Assembly (NCBI RefSeq): GCF_004353825.1
Contig: NZ_SMNA01000006.1
Location: 62,001-126,000, forward strand
Length of the DNA: 64,000 bases
Direction: 5' to 3'
Origin: Occultella glacieicola
GTDB lineage: Bacteria; Actinomycetota; Actinomycetes; Actinomycetales; Beutenbergiaceae
The notes beneath the pieces were generated by a model. That model made no database searches. It saw only the letters and a list, made by a program, of their open reading frames with translations, and had not been told where the DNA came from. The translations under genes were made by a program, and so were the position numbers. Of this stretch, positions 9,817 through 22,230 are shown in pieces. How positions within the stretch are numbered: the first letter of the stretch is position 1; each line of letters opens with the position of its first letter.

Positions 9817-11006
9817 CCGACCTCTTCGACGAAGCCTTCACGGGCTCCGCGGCCCCCGAACCGCAGCGGGCCACCTCCCGACGCAACTCACAGCGCCGAC
9901 GCGAGGCCAAGCGACGCGCGCAACGGCGCCGGAACATGATCACGTTCTTCGTGATGATCGTCTCCATCGCGCTGCTCGTCGGTGGTGCCTGGGTGCTGAT
10001 CCGCCCGATGATCTCCGGCGACGGCGCACCGAGCGCGACCGTCTCCGACTACCCGGGCCCCGGCACCGGTGAGGTGCAGATCGTGGTCAACACGGGTGAG
10101 ACCGGCGCCGACATCGCGACCACGCTCGTCGACAACGACGTCGTGGCCACCACCGGAGCCTTCGTGCAGGCCTACAACACCAACCCCGACGCCGTCAGCA
10201 TCCAGGCCGGGACCTACACGCTGCAGTCGCAGATGAACGCCGCCGACGCCGTCGCCGCGCTCCTCGACCCGGCCAGCCGGTCCGACCTGACCATCACGAT
10301 CCCGGAGGGCTGGCGGGCCACGAAGATCTACGCCCGGATCGCGAACCGGCTCGGCATCACCGAGGAGGAGGTGGCCACGGCCGCCGCCGAGGTCGCCGCG
10401 TCCTACCTGCCGGCGGAGGCCGGTGGCGAGATCGAGGGCTGGCTGTTCGCGTCCACGTACACGATCCAGACCGACTCCACCGCGACCTCGGTGCTGCAGC
10501 AGATGGTCGACCTGACCGTGGCGAACCTCGACGAGCGGAACATCGCGGCCGAGGATCGTGAGGAGCTCCTGATCAAGGCGTCGATCGTCGAGGCCGAGGT
10601 CGCCAACCAGGACGACTGGAACATGGTGGCCCGGGTGGTCGAGAACCGGCTCGCGGGTTGCACCGGTGACGGCACCCTCGGGATGGACTCCACCTACGCC
10701 TACGGGCTGAACAAGATCGCGCCTGAGATCACCCGCACCGAGTGGGAGACCGAGCACCCGTTCAACACCCGGATCGTGCCCGGACTGCCGCCGACGCCGA
10801 TCGGGGCACCCGGTGCCGGAGCTCTCGACGCCGTGCTGAACCCGCCCGAGGGCGACTGGTGCTACTTCGTCACCGTGAACCCGACGACCGGTGAGACCCG
10901 CTTCACCGCGGACTACGACGAACATCTGGAGAATCAGCGGCTGTACCGCGAGTGGCTCGCCGAACAGACCGCTGCGCCGGAGGAGACCACGGAGGGCGAA
11001 GGCTGA
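9813..11006 (+). CDS. mltG: Endolytic transglycosylase MltG
   Basis: N-terminal TM, TIPEG, ASIVEAE, LGMDST, GLPPTPIGAPG, YFVTVN; RBS GGAGGAGG. Confidence 0.93.
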   Translation: MTDLFDEAFTGSAAPEPQRATSRRNSQRRREAKRRAQRRRNMITFFVMIVSIALLVGGAWVLIRPMISGDGAPSATVSDYPGPGTGEVQIVVNTGETGADIATTLVDNDVVATTGAFVQAYNTNPDAVSIQAGTYTLQSQMNAADAVAALLDPASRSDLTITIPEGWRATKIYARIANRLGITEEEVATAAAEVAASYLPAEAGGEIEGWLFASTYTIQTDSTATSVLQQMVDLTVANLDERNIAAEDREELLIKASIVEAEVANQDDWNMVARVVENRLAGCTGDGTLGMDSTYAYGLNKIAPEITRTEWETEHPFNTRIVPGLPPTPIGAPGAGALDAVLNPPEGDWCYFVTVNPTTGETRFTADYDEHLENQRLYREWLAEQTAAPEETTEGEG

Positions 11007-11008
11007 GC

Positions 11009-11857
11009 ATGCGGCACCATGCGGCGGTGCTCGGTCACCCCGTCGCGCACTCGCTGTCACCGGTGTTGCACCGGGCCGCGTATGCCGACCTCGGGCTCAC
11101 GGAGTGGGAGTACGGGCTGCACGACGTCGACGAAGGTGACCTCTCGGCGTTCGTGCGCGGCCTCGACGACTCCTGGGCCGGCCTCTCGCTGACCATGCCG
11201 CTCAAGCAGCAGGCGCTGGCCCTCAGCGACCACGTGGAGCCGCTCGCCAAGGTGGTGGGCGCCGTCAATACGCTGCTGTTCCAACCCGGCGGCCTGCTGA
11301 TCGGCGCGAACACCGACGTCCACGGCATCGTCGAGGCATTGCGGGAGGCGACGCCCCAGCCACCGCGCGCCGACGCCCGGCGCGGCGTGATCATCGGCGC
11401 CGGGTCGACCGCGGCGGCCGCCCTGGCCGCGCTCGGTGAGTTGGGCATCCACGCACCGGTGGTACTGGCGCGTTCGGTCGGGCGGGCAGGGATCGTGATG
11501 CGTGCCGCCGCACGGATGGGCGTCACCCCCGAGTACGTCACCCTGACCGACGACCGGGCCCGTGCCGAACTGCTCGGCGCCGATGTGGTGGTCTCGACGG
11601 CGCCGCACGGCGCGGCGGACTCCCTGGTCGCTCTGCTCGACGGCGCCGCACTGGACCCCGATCAGGTCCTGTTGGACGTGGTCTACGAGGGCTGGCCGAC
11701 GGCGGTCGCGGCCGCCTGGCGGTCGGCCGGCGGATCGATCTCGCCCGGGTATCTGATGCTGCTGCACCAGGCCGTCGAGCAGGTCCGGCTGATGACGGGG
11801 CAGACCGGCCCCGTGGCGGCCATGCGCGCCGCCCTCATGCAGGCGCTGGCGGACTGA
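11009..11857 (+). CDS. aroE: Shikimate dehydrogenase
   Basis: GHPVAHSLSPVLH, GLSLTMPLK, GAVNT, NTD, GAGSTA, MLLHQA. Confidence 0.95.
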   Translation: MRHHAAVLGHPVAHSLSPVLHRAAYADLGLTEWEYGLHDVDEGDLSAFVRGLDDSWAGLSLTMPLKQQALALSDHVEPLAKVVGAVNTLLFQPGGLLIGANTDVHGIVEALREATPQPPRADARRGVIIGAGSTAAAALAALGELGIHAPVVLARSVGRAGIVMRAAARMGVTPEYVTLTDDRARAELLGADVVVSTAPHGAADSLVALLDGAALDPDQVLLDVVYEGWPTAVAAAWRSAGGSISPGYLMLLHQAVEQVRLMTGQTGPVAAMRAALMQALAD

Positions 11858-11862
11858 CCGGC

Positions 11863-12513
11863 ATGGGGGATCCGGTGGTGGTGCTGGTCTGCGCCGCGCT
11901 GACGGGCCTGGTCGCGCTCGCGCTGACGCCGTGGCTGCGGGTCCGTTGCGGCGAGGAGTCCACCCTGCCGAACTCGGGCCTGCACGCGATGCTGGCGAGC
12001 CTGGGCGGTGCCGGTGCGGCGATCCTGGCCGATGGCTGGGCCGAACTGGTGGCGCTGGCCGTCGCCGCCCTGGCGTGCTCGCTGCTGGTCGTGGTGGACG
12101 TGGCGACCCACCGGCTGCCGGACGTGATCGTGGTGCCGGCGTCCGCCGTCGTCCTCCTTGCCCTCGTGGTCGCGGCCGCGACCACGGGCACCTGGGCGGA
12201 CCTGCTGCGGGCCCTCGCCGGGGCGGCCGCCGTGGGGGTCGGCCTGCTTCTGCTGTGCCTGGCCAGCCCGACCGGTCTCGGCCTGGGCGATGTGAAGCTG
12301 GGCGCACTGCTGGGCCTGGTCCTCGGCTGGACCGGGTGGGCCGCGGTGGCGGCCGGGGTGCTGGCGGCGTTCGTGCTCGGTGGCCTGTTCGCGGTGATCC
12401 TGCTCGCCACCACGAAGGCGGACCGGCGCACGGCGGTCGCGTTCGGGCCGTGGCTGATCGCGGGCGCCGTGGTCGGTATGGTCTGGGGTCCGGCGCTGCT
12501 CGGCATGTCCTGA
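11863..12513 (+). CDS. Prepilin peptidase (A24 family)
   Basis: Multi-TM protein with D..THRLPD, GLGLGDVKL and AFGPW motifs. Confidence 0.88.
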   Translation: MGDPVVVLVCAALTGLVALALTPWLRVRCGEESTLPNSGLHAMLASLGGAGAAILADGWAELVALAVAALACSLLVVVDVATHRLPDVIVVPASAVVLLALVVAAATTGTWADLLRALAGAAAVGVGLLLLCLASPTGLGLGDVKLGALLGLVLGWTGWAAVAAGVLAAFVLGGLFAVILLATTKADRRTAVAFGPWLIAGAVVGMVWGPALLGMS

Positions 12514-12608
12514 GCCGCCGGAGCCGCCCCGGCCGGCCGGGCCGGTGGAACTGATCGAAGTCCGGACGGCGCCCGGACCGGACGGCGCGCCGTGGGACAC
12601 TAGCGATC

Positions 12609-13826
12609 ATGCTCAGATGGTTGACGGCCGGGGAGTCCCACGGCCAAGCGCTCGTCGGGATCATCGAGGGGGTGCCGGCCGGGGTCACCGTCGGCAGCGC
12701 CGAGATCCGCACCGCCCTCGCTCGGCGCCGACTCGGCCACGGCCGGGGCGCACGGATGAAGTTCGAACAGGACGAGGTGCGGGTCCTCGGGGGTGTCCGG
12801 CACGGTGTCACGATGGGCTCACCGGTCGCGATCGAGATCGGCAACTCGGAGTGGCCCAAGTGGGAGCAGGTCATGGCCGCCGACCCGGTCGGCGCGGGTG
12901 TCCTCGAGATCGACGCGGGCACCGGTGACGCACGGGAGCAGGCGCGTAACAAGCCGCTGACCACGCCGCGCCCGGGCCATGCCGACCTGGTCGGCATGGA
13001 GAAGTACCACCTGAGCGATGCCCGGCCGGTGCTTGAACGGGCCTCCGCGCGCGAGACGGCCACCCGGGTGGCGCTCGGCACCGTCGCCGCCGCCCTCCTC
13101 GAGCAGGCCGCCGGTGTACGCCTGGTCTCCCACGTGGTCTCGGTCGGTCCGGTGGGCACACCCGAGGACGCCCCGCGCCCGGGACCCGACGACGTCGCGG
13201 CCCTGGACGCGGATCCGATCCGCAGCTTCCACGCCGAGACGTCCGCCGCGATGATCGCCGAGATCGACGACGCGAAGAAGGCCGGGGACACCCTCGGCGG
13301 CGTGGTCGAGGTGCTCGCCTACGGACTGCCCCCGGGCCTCGGCAGCTACGTGCACAGCGACCGGCGCCTCGACGCCAGGCTGGCCGGCGCGCTGATGGGC
13401 ATCCAGGCGATCAAGGGGGTCGAGGTCGGGGACGGGTTCCGTACCGCTGCCCGGCGCGGCTCGGCCGCCCACGACGAGATCACCCGCGACGCCGACGGCC
13501 GGGTCCGGCGGCGCACGAACCGCGCCGGCGGCATCGAGGGTGGCATGTCCAACGGTGAGGTCCTCGCCGTGCGGGCCGCCCTCAAGCCCATCTCGACCGT
13601 GCCACGCGCCCTCGAGACCATCGACGTCGCGACCGGCGAGTCGGCGACCGCCCTGCATCAGCGGTCCGACACCTGCGCGGCCGCCCCGGCCGCGGTGGTC
13701 GCCGAGGCGATGGTGGCGCTCGTCCTGGCGGAGGCCCTGATGGAGAAGTTCGGCGGAGACGCGATCTCCGAGACCGCCCGGAACGTGGCCACCTACCTCG
13801 ACTCGATCCCGGAGACCATGAAGTGA
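12609..13826 (+). CDS. aroC: Chorismate synthase
   Basis: [40 protein letters not shown]. Confidence 0.97.
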   Translation: MLRWLTAGESHGQALVGIIEGVPAGVTVGSAEIRTALARRRLGHGRGARMKFEQDEVRVLGGVRHGVTMGSPVAIEIGNSEWPKWEQVMAADPVGAGVLEIDAGTGDAREQARNKPLTTPRPGHADLVGMEKYHLSDARPVLERASARETATRVALGTVAAALLEQAAGVRLVSHVVSVGPVGTPEDAPRPGPDDVAALDADPIRSFHAETSAAMIAEIDDAKKAGDTLGGVVEVLAYGLPPGLGSYVHSDRRLDARLAGALMGIQAIKGVEVGDGFRTAARRGSAAHDEITRDADGRVRRRTNRAGGIEGGMSNGEVLAVRAALKPISTVPRALETIDVATGESATALHQRSDTCAAAPAAVVAEAMVALVLAEALMEKFGGDAISETARNVATYLDSIPETMK

Positions 13827-14344
13827 GCGCCGCCACGAACGGACCGGCCCTGATCCTGATCGGCCCGCCCGGCGCCGGCAAGTCGACCGTTGGCCACCTG
13901 CTCGCAGCCGCCTGGGGCACGACGTTCCGGGACACCGACGCCGACGTGGAGGCGGCCGCAGGCCGCAGCATCCCGGACATCTTCATCGACGACGGCGAGG
14001 AGGTCTTCCGAGCACTGGAGCGCACGGCCGTGGCGACGGCGTTGGCCGAGCACGACGGCATCCTCGCCCTGGGTGGGGGCGCGGTGCTCGACGAGGGTAC
14101 GCAGGCGGCACTGGCGGGCCGCCGCGTCGTCTACCTGTCGGTGTCCCTGGCGCACGCGTCACCGCGGGTCGGACTGAGCGGCAACCGCCCTTTGCTCGTG
14201 GGCAGCCCGCGGCGGCAGTGGCAGGTGCTGATGGACGCCCGCAGGCCGGTGTACACCGCTCTCGCCTCCGTGGAGGTCAGCACCGACGGCCGGTCCCCGG
14301 AACAGGTCCGGGACGCCGTGCTCGCCGAGGTGGCCCTGCCGTGA
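13823..14344 (+). CDS. aroK: Shikimate kinase
   Basis: [35 protein letters not shown]. Confidence 0.95.
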   Translation: MSAATNGPALILIGPPGAGKSTVGHLLAAAWGTTFRDTDADVEAAAGRSIPDIFIDDGEEVFRALERTAVATALAEHDGILALGGGAVLDEGTQAALAGRRVVYLSVSLAHASPRVGLSGNRPLLVGSPRRQWQVLMDARRPVYTALASVEVSTDGRSPEQVRDAVLAEVALP

Positions 14345-15477
14345 CCGTCACCCGCATCCACGTCACCGCGGAGCGCAGTTACGACGTGCTGATCGGACGC
14401 GGGCTCGCGGGTGAGCTGCCCGGACTCGTGGGCGCCGGCACCCGCCGGGTGCTGCTGGTCCACCAGGTCGCCGTCGCGGACGCGGCCGAGGGGTTCCGTT
14501 CGGCCCTGACCGCCGCCGGGTTCGAGGTGCACCCGAGCCCGATCCCGGACGCGGAGGGGGCCAAGACCGCGACGGTCGCGGCCGGGTGCTGGGAACAGCT
14601 CGGTCTGGCCGGGTTCACCCGGGACGACGTCGTCATCGGGCTCGGCGGGGGAGCGGCCACCGACCTGGCCGGGTTCGTCGCGGCCACCTGGCTGCGTGGG
14701 GTCAGGGTGATCCAGGTGCCCACCACCCTGCTCGGGATGGTGGACGCCGCCGTGGGCGGCAAGACCGGGATCAACACGGCCGAGGGCAAGAACCTCGTGG
14801 GGGCGTTCCACTCCCCGGTCGGGGTGCTCTGCGACCTCGACACCCTGGCGACCCTGCCCGCCGCGGATCTTGCCGCCGGGCTGGCCGAGGTGGTCAAGTG
14901 CGGGTTCATCGACGACCCCCGGATCCTCGAGCTCGTCGAGGCGGATCCGGACGCCGCCCGCGACCCGGCCGCACCGGTGCTGCGTGAACTCGTGGAGCGC
15001 GCGGTCGCGACGAAGGCCCGGGTGGTCTCGGCGGACCTGCGCGAGGCCGATCTGCGCGAGATCCTGAACTACGGGCACACCTTCGGTCATGCGATCGAGC
15101 ACCACGAGCAGTTCCGGTGGCGGCATGGGGAAGCGGTGGCGGTGGGCTTGGTGTTCGCCGCGGAGCTGGCCCACCTCGCCGGGCGCCTGGACGCCGATCT
15201 GGCCGACCGGCACCGCCGGATCCTGGCCTCGCTCGGATTGCCCACCGGTTACCCGGCCGGGCACTGGGACGCGTTGCTCACCGCGATGCGCCGGGACAAG
15301 AAGACCCGGGGCGCGACCCTGCGGTTCGTGATCCTCGACGGCTTGGCCCGGCCGACCCGGCTCGAGGGCCCGACGCCGGAGCTCCTGATGGCCGCCTATG
15401 CCGCCATCAGCTCGCCCGCCGCCCCCGCCGGTGCCAACAGTGCCAACAGTGCCAACAGTGCCACGGAGCTCCCATGA
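14341..15477 (+). CDS. aroB: 3-dehydroquinate synthase
   Basis: [51 protein letters not shown] overlap with aroK. Confidence 0.96.
   Translation: MTVTRIHVTAERSYDVLIGRGLAGELPGLVGAGTRRVLLVHQVAVADAAEGFRSALTAAGFEVHPSPIPDAEGAKTATVAAGCWEQLGLAGFTRDDVVIGLGGGAATDLAGFVAATWLRGVRVIQVPTTLLGMVDAAVGGKTGINTAEGKNLVGAFHSPVGVLCDLDTLATLPAADLAAGLAEVVKCGFIDDPRILELVEADPDAARDPAAPVLRELVERAVATKARVVSADLREADLREILNYGHTFGHAIEHHEQFRWRHGEAVAVGLVFAAELAHLAGRLDADLADRHRRILASLGLPTGYPAGHWDALLTAMRRDKKTRGATLRFVILDGLARPTRLEGPTPELLMAAYAAISSPAAPAGANSANSANSATELP
15431..15463 (+). repeat. 9-bp tandem repeat (GTGCCAACA)x3.7 in aroB 3' end
   Basis: Read directly; encodes the [10 protein letters not shown] tail. Confidence 0.9.
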
Positions 15478-15911
15478 CCGACGTCCTCGTCCTGAACGGT
15501 CCGAACCTGGGCCGGCTCGGCTCACGCGAGCCCGATGTCTACGGCGTTCTCGACCACGCCGGGCTGACCGCCGCGATCGGGCAGTGGGCCGACGCCCTCG
15601 GCCTGACCGCCGAGGTGCGCCAGAGCGACGACGAGGCCGAGCTCGTCCACTGGCTGCACGAGGCGGTCGACGCCCGTCGGGACGTGGTGCTCAACCCGGC
15701 CGCGTTCACCCACTACTCCTACGCGCTGCGGGACGCCGCCGCCCAGGTGACCACCTCGGGTCTGCGCCTGATCGAGGTCCACCTGACCAACCCGGCCACG
15801 CGCGAGCGGTTCCGGCACAACAGCGTGATCGGTGGGGTCGCCACCGGGACCGTCGCCGGCTTCGGGACGGACTCCTACCGGCTCGCCCTGGCGGCGCTCG
15901 TCGAGGCTTGA
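15474..15911 (+). CDS. aroQ: Type II 3-dehydroquinate dehydratase
   Basis: [45 protein letters not shown] overlap with aroB. Confidence 0.95.
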   Translation: MTDVLVLNGPNLGRLGSREPDVYGVLDHAGLTAAIGQWADALGLTAEVRQSDDEAELVHWLHEAVDARRDVVLNPAAFTHYSYALRDAAAQVTTSGLRLIEVHLTNPATRERFRHNSVIGGVATGTVAGFGTDSYRLALAALVEA

Positions 15912-15968
15912 TCCTTTTGAATCAAGCCCTAAGGCTTGATACATATCAATCAAGACTGTAGCCTTGTC
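15905..15968. promoter_or_regulatory. AT-rich operator array (ATCAAG-N8-CTTGAT) over the promoter of the SatD-like gene
   Basis: Perfect inverted repeat ATCAAGCC-CTAA-GGCTTGAT (15921-15940), ATCAAG-ACTGTAGC-CTTGTC (15949-15968) and half-site GGCTTGAT (15905-15912), all 28 bp apart; -10 TAGCCT at 15959-15964. Confidence 0.7.
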
Positions 15969-15970
15969 TC

Positions 15971-16600
15971 GTGTTCGTACTGACGGTGGACCAGGACGCC
16001 TCCAGGCGGCGCGGGGACCGTGTCGACGCCGCGCTGGCCGGGCTCGACGCCCACATCGACGCCCGCGGCCTCGCCACCGACCTGGCGCTGCCCTTCGAGC
16101 GCACGGTGGGGGACGAGATCCAGGGGGTGGTGACCGGCGCCCCGGCCGCCCTCGACCTCGTCCTGTACCTCCAGCGGCGAGCCGAATGGAGCGTGGGGGT
16201 GGGCGTCGGCCCGGTCGACCTGCCGCTCGCCGGCAGCGCGCGGGCCTCCTCGGGTGAGGCGTTCGTACGCGCCCGGGCCGCCGTCGAGCGTGCCAAGGGC
16301 AAGTCGGTGCCGGTGCCCCTGGCGCTGGACGCGGGCGAGCGCCCGAACGGGGCCGCCGACGAGGCGGAGGCGCTGGTGCAGTTGCTGGCCGCCGTGGTCC
16401 GGCGACGTACCGAGCGCGGTTGGGAGGTGGTCGACCTCCTCACCGACGGCGTCGGGACGGCTCGCGAGGCGGCCTCTCGCCTCGGGATCACGCCGCAGGC
16501 CGTGAGCCAGCGCCTGGACGCGGCGATGTGGTCGGTCCAGGACCGGGTCCACCCCCTCGCGGAGCGTCTGCTGGCCGACCTGGACCTCGCCGCGACATGA
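15971..16600 (+). CDS. SatD-like protein (nucleotidyl-cyclase-like N-domain plus C-terminal HTH)
   Basis: VLTVDQ..SR, FERTVGDEIQG, WSVGVGVG, SGEAFVRAR; HTH TAREAASRLGITPQAVSQRL. Confidence 0.75.
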   Translation: MFVLTVDQDASRRRGDRVDAALAGLDAHIDARGLATDLALPFERTVGDEIQGVVTGAPAALDLVLYLQRRAEWSVGVGVGPVDLPLAGSARASSGEAFVRARAAVERAKGKSVPVPLALDAGERPNGAADEAEALVQLLAAVVRRRTERGWEVVDLLTDGVGTAREAASRLGITPQAVSQRLDAAMWSVQDRVHPLAERLLADLDLAAT

Positions 16601-16607
16601 TGGCGCG

Positions 16608-17021
16608 GTGAACCTCGTCCTCACCATCGAGATCGCGGCCGCCGCCCTGGTCATCTCCGCAGGCGCCGGCGGCCCCATCACCGCCTGGATCCTGCGCCTG
16701 GCCAGCCGGAAGCGACTCGAGGACGCCGCCGAACGGGACGGCGCGGATCCCGACGACCGGCAGGCCGACCCGGCCGCCGAGCAATTGCGCGGCGGTGCCT
16801 GGATCGGAGTCCTCGAGCGACTGGCGATCACCGGCTCGATCCTGGTCGGATACCCGGCCGCCATCGCCGTCGTGGTCGCGGTCAAGGGTCTCGGCCGGTT
16901 CCCGGAGATCCACGGCAGCGTAGGGGTCTCGGAGCGGTTCATCATCGGAACGCTGGCCTCCTACCTCTGGGCGGGCGCGATCGGCGTGGCAGCGGTGGCG
17001 GCCCTCGGCGCGTTACCCTGA
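16608..17021 (+). CDS. Membrane protein, DUF3307/SatE-like partner of the SatD-like gene
   Basis: Several hydrophobic segments, GGAWIGVLERL, AVKGLGRF, ERFIIGTLAS; 7 bp after the SatD-like gene. Confidence 0.7.
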   Translation: MNLVLTIEIAAAALVISAGAGGPITAWILRLASRKRLEDAAERDGADPDDRQADPAAEQLRGGAWIGVLERLAITGSILVGYPAAIAVVVAVKGLGRFPEIHGSVGVSERFIIGTLASYLWAGAIGVAAVAALGALP

Positions 17022-17123
17022 GGGCCGCACCTTTCCTGCACCGGGCCCGGTGACCGCAGATCCCGTGCGCCCCCGTCGGCCCGCCCGGATCCGACAGACC
17101 GAACAGAAACGAAGGAAACGCCT

Positions 17124-17687
17124 GTGGCATCGACGAACGACCTCAAGAACGGCCTGGTTCTCAACATCGACGGCCAGCTCTGGTCCGTGGTGGAGTTCCA
17201 GCACGTCAAGCCCGGCAAGGGCCCGGCGTTCGTGCGCACCAAGCTCAAGGGCGTCACCAACGGCAAGGTGGTCGCGAAGACGTTCAACGCGGGCGTGAAG
17301 GTGGAGACGGCGAATGTCGACAAGCGCGACATGCAGTACCTGTACCAGGAGGGCGAGGACTTCGTCTTCATGGACACCAGTGACTACGAGCAGATCACCG
17401 TGCCCGGCGCGACCGTGGACAGCGCCGCGAACTTCATGCTCGAGGGCCAGGAGGTCATCGTCGCCATCCACGAGGGCACCCCGCTCTACGTGGAGCTGCC
17501 GGCGTCCGTGGTCATGGAGATCACCTACACCGAGCCGGGACTGCAGGGCGACCGCTCCTCGGCCGGCACCAAGCCCGCCACGATCGAGACGGGCTACCAG
17601 ATCCAGGTGCCGCTGTTCCTCGAGACCGGCACGAAGGTCAAGGTCGACACCCGTAGCGGTGACTACCTGGGCCGCGTCAACGACTAG
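17124..17687 (+). CDS. efp: Elongation factor P
   Basis: [42 protein letters not shown]. Confidence 0.97.
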   Translation: MASTNDLKNGLVLNIDGQLWSVVEFQHVKPGKGPAFVRTKLKGVTNGKVVAKTFNAGVKVETANVDKRDMQYLYQEGEDFVFMDTSDYEQITVPGATVDSAANFMLEGQEVIVAIHEGTPLYVELPASVVMEITYTEPGLQGDRSSAGTKPATIETGYQIQVPLFLETGTKVKVDTRSGDYLGRVND

Positions 17688-18136
17688 TGGCCGCACGCAG
17701 CAAGGCGCGCAAACGCGCGCTCGACGTGCTCTATGAGGCCGATCAGCGCGCCCTCGGCGCCGCCGCGACCGAGGGTGGCGCGGCGCCGACCCTGATGGGT
17801 CTGCTCGCGGACCGCATCCTCGAGCCCGGCACCCAGGCCGCGCTGCCCGAGTACTCGGTGCAGATCGTCGAGGGCGTCAGCGAGCACGTGGCCCGGATCG
17901 ACGAGATCCTGTCGACGTTCTCCCAGGGCTGGACGCTCGCGCGGATGCCCGCAGTGGACCGGGCCATCCTGCGCCTGTCCACGTGGGAGATCCTCTACAA
18001 CGACGAGGTGCCGGACGCCGTCGCGATCGACGAGGCACTCGAACTCGCCCGGGCGCTGTCCACGGACGACTCGCCGCCGTTCATCAACGGCATGCTGGGT
18101 CGGATCGCCCAGTACGGCTCCGACCTCCTGGACTGA
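17687..18136 (+). CDS. nusB: Transcription antitermination factor NusB
   Basis: [38 protein letters not shown]. Confidence 0.95.
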   Translation: MAARSKARKRALDVLYEADQRALGAAATEGGAAPTLMGLLADRILEPGTQAALPEYSVQIVEGVSEHVARIDEILSTFSQGWTLARMPAVDRAILRLSTWEILYNDEVPDAVAIDEALELARALSTDDSPPFINGMLGRIAQYGSDLLD

Positions 18137-18165
18137 ACGGACCGACCCTCGACCCGGGAGCAACC

Positions 18166-18615
18166 ATGCCCCTTCACGGTGACTACGCCCCGAGCCCCAG
18201 CGACCGCTCGGCCGCACAGGTGGCCGCCTACGAGTCGTCCGGGGGCACGAAGGGCATCACCCTGGGCGGCAAGCCCGTCGTGATCCTGACCACGGTCGGC
18301 GCGAGGTCGGGGAAGCTGCGCAAGATCCCGCTGATGCGCGTGGAGCACGACGGCGAGTATCTCGCCGTGGGCTCCTACGGGGGCGGCCCGAGGAACCCCG
18401 TCTGGGTCCACAACCTGCTCGCCGACCCTCGGGTGGGGCTCCAGGACGGCCCGCGGACGTGGGACATGGTCGCTCGGGAGCTCACCGGCGCCGAGCGGGA
18501 CGTCTGGTGGGAGCGTGCGGTCGCCGCATTCGGGACCTACGCGAGCTATCAGCGCAGGACCGAGCGGCTGATCCCCGTGTTCCTGCTCACACCCGCGTCG
18601 ACGCCGCACGCCTGA
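18166..18615 (+). CDS. Deazaflavin (F420H2)-dependent nitroreductase family protein
   Basis: [54 protein letters not shown]. Confidence 0.88.
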   Translation: MPLHGDYAPSPSDRSAAQVAAYESSGGTKGITLGGKPVVILTTVGARSGKLRKIPLMRVEHDGEYLAVGSYGGGPRNPVWVHNLLADPRVGLQDGPRTWDMVARELTGAERDVWWERAVAAFGTYASYQRRTERLIPVFLLTPASTPHA

Positions 18616-18734
18616 GGCCCGCGGTCACAGGGGCACTCGGCACGTCGTCGGGGTCGTCGGAACGTCGTCGGTACGTCGCGGTCAGGTCGTGGACGGGGAT
18701 GGTCGACCGGTGCGAGTCGAACTAGCGTGGCGGC

Positions 18735-19202
18735 GTGAACCGGATCTCAGTCCCCGACCTGTTTCCCGACGTCTACCGGCGGCTCCTGACGCTCAACCGG
18801 GAGGTCGAGGCGGCCCGGCGCAGCGCCGACGTCGAACTCGCCGTCATCGAGCTCGTGAAGGTGCGTGCCTCGCAGATCAACGGCTGCGCGTTCTGCACGG
18901 ACATGCACGCCAAGGAGGCCCTGGAGGCCGGCGTCACCGCACGTCAGCTCGCGGTTCTGCCGACCTGGCGCGAGACCCGGCTGTTCACGTCCGCCGAGCG
19001 CGCGGCGCTGGACCTGGCGGAGTCGATGAGCCGGCTCGCCCTCACCCAGCACGTGCCCGACGAGGTCTACGCGGCGGCCGCCGAGGTGTTCGACGAGGAC
19101 CAGTTGGCCGTGGTGATCTGGGCCGCGGCCGTGATCCAGACCTTCAACGCCCTGAACGTCACCTGCCCGAAGCCGTTGCCGGAGCAGGACTGGCCGAGCT
19201 GA
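18735..19202 (+). CDS. Carboxymuconolactone decarboxylase/AhpD family protein
   Basis: ELVKVRASQINGCAFCTDMH, WRET.LFT.AERAAL. Confidence 0.9.
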   Translation: MNRISVPDLFPDVYRRLLTLNREVEAARRSADVELAVIELVKVRASQINGCAFCTDMHAKEALEAGVTARQLAVLPTWRETRLFTSAERAALDLAESMSRLALTQHVPDEVYAAAAEVFDEDQLAVVIWAAAVIQTFNALNVTCPKPLPEQDWPS

Positions 19203-19260
19203 GCGCACCCGTGCGGATCGGGTCGCCGGGGGCGGTAAGGTGACCGAGGCATGTTGACAT

Positions 19261-20839
<1,579 letters not shown>

Positions 20840-20843
<4 letters not shown>

Positions 20844-22195
20844 CCAGCTACCTGATCCGCGCCGCGTCCGTCCTCGGCGGCGAGCGCACCGACCTCTATC
20901 TCGCCGATGGCGTGATCGCGGCCCTCGGGCCCGACGCGGCCGCGGCCGCGCCGCGCGGCGACGGCGGCAGTGCCGTCGAGGTCGTCGAGATCGACGCGAG
21001 CACCCTGATCGCGTTGCCGGGCCTCGTCGACCTGCACACGCACCTGCGCGAACCGGGCCGCGAGGACGCCGAGACGGTCGCCTCCGGTACCCGTGCGGCG
21101 GCCGTCGGGGGTTTCACCTGTGTGCACGCGATGGCGAACACGGACCCCGTCGCGGATACCGCGGGCGTGGTCGAGCAGGTCTGGCGACTCGGCCAGGACG
21201 CCGGCTGGGCGCAGGTGCGCCCGGTGGGTGCCGTGACCGTCGGACTGCGCGGGGAGCAGCTCGCCGAGCTCGGCGCGATGGCCGACTCCGCGGCGGCCGT
21301 GCGGGTGTTCTCCGACGACGGCATGTGCGTCCACGACCCGGTCCTGATGCGGCGGGCCCTGGAGTACGTGAAGGCGTTCGACGGCGTCGTGGCCCAGCAC
21401 GCGCAGGAGCCACGCCTGACCGCGGGTGCGCTCATGCACGAGGGTGTCGTCTCCGCGGCCCTCGGGCTGACCGGCTGGCCCGCGGTCGCGGAGGAGGCGA
21501 TCATCGCCCGCGACGTCCTGCTCGCCGAGCACGTGGGCTCCCGCGTGCACATCTGCCACCTCTCGACGGCCGGTTCCGTGGACATCATCCGCTGGGCCAA
21601 GGCCCGGGGCATCGACGTGACCGCGGAGGTCACCCCGCACCACCTGGTGCTCACCGACGAGGCGGTGCGCGGCTACGACCCCCAGTTCAAGGTGAACCCG
21701 CCGTTGCGCACCGCGGCCGACGTGGCCGCGGTCCGCGCCGGCCTCGCGGACGGCACCATCGATATCGTCGCCACCGACCACGCACCGCATCCGGACGAGG
21801 ACAAGGACTGCGAGTTCGCCGCCGCCGCGATGGGCATGACCGGGCTGGAGACCGCCCTGTCCGTGGTGGTCGAGGCGATGGTGAACAACCCCGACCACGA
21901 CTTCGGCTGGGCCGACGTGGCCCGCACCATGTCCGCGGCCCCGGCGGCCATCGGCCGGGTGTCCGAACAGGGGCGCCCGCTCGAGGTCGGGGAGCCCGCG
22001 AACCTCGTCCTGGTGGACCCCGAGGCCACCTGGACCGTCGACCCACCGGCCCTGCGCACCGCCAGCTCGAACACCCCCTTCGCGCAGCGCGAACTGCCGG
22101 CCCGCGTGGTCGCCACGTTCTGGCGCGGCGCGGCGACCGTGCTCGACGGTGCCCCCCGTGAGGCCCTCCGCGAGCGTGCGGGGGCCGGCGCGTGA
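20840..22195 (+). CDS. pyrC: Dihydroorotase
   Basis: [28 protein letters not shown]. Confidence 0.96.
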
Positions 22196-22230
22196 ACACC
22201 CAGCAGCAGATGAATACCGAGGTGAAAGTC

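Noticed and set aside
11863..12513. Prepilin peptidase as sign of a pilus or competence island
   Set aside because: An A24 peptidase between aroE and aroC is common in actinobacteria; no pilin genes nearby
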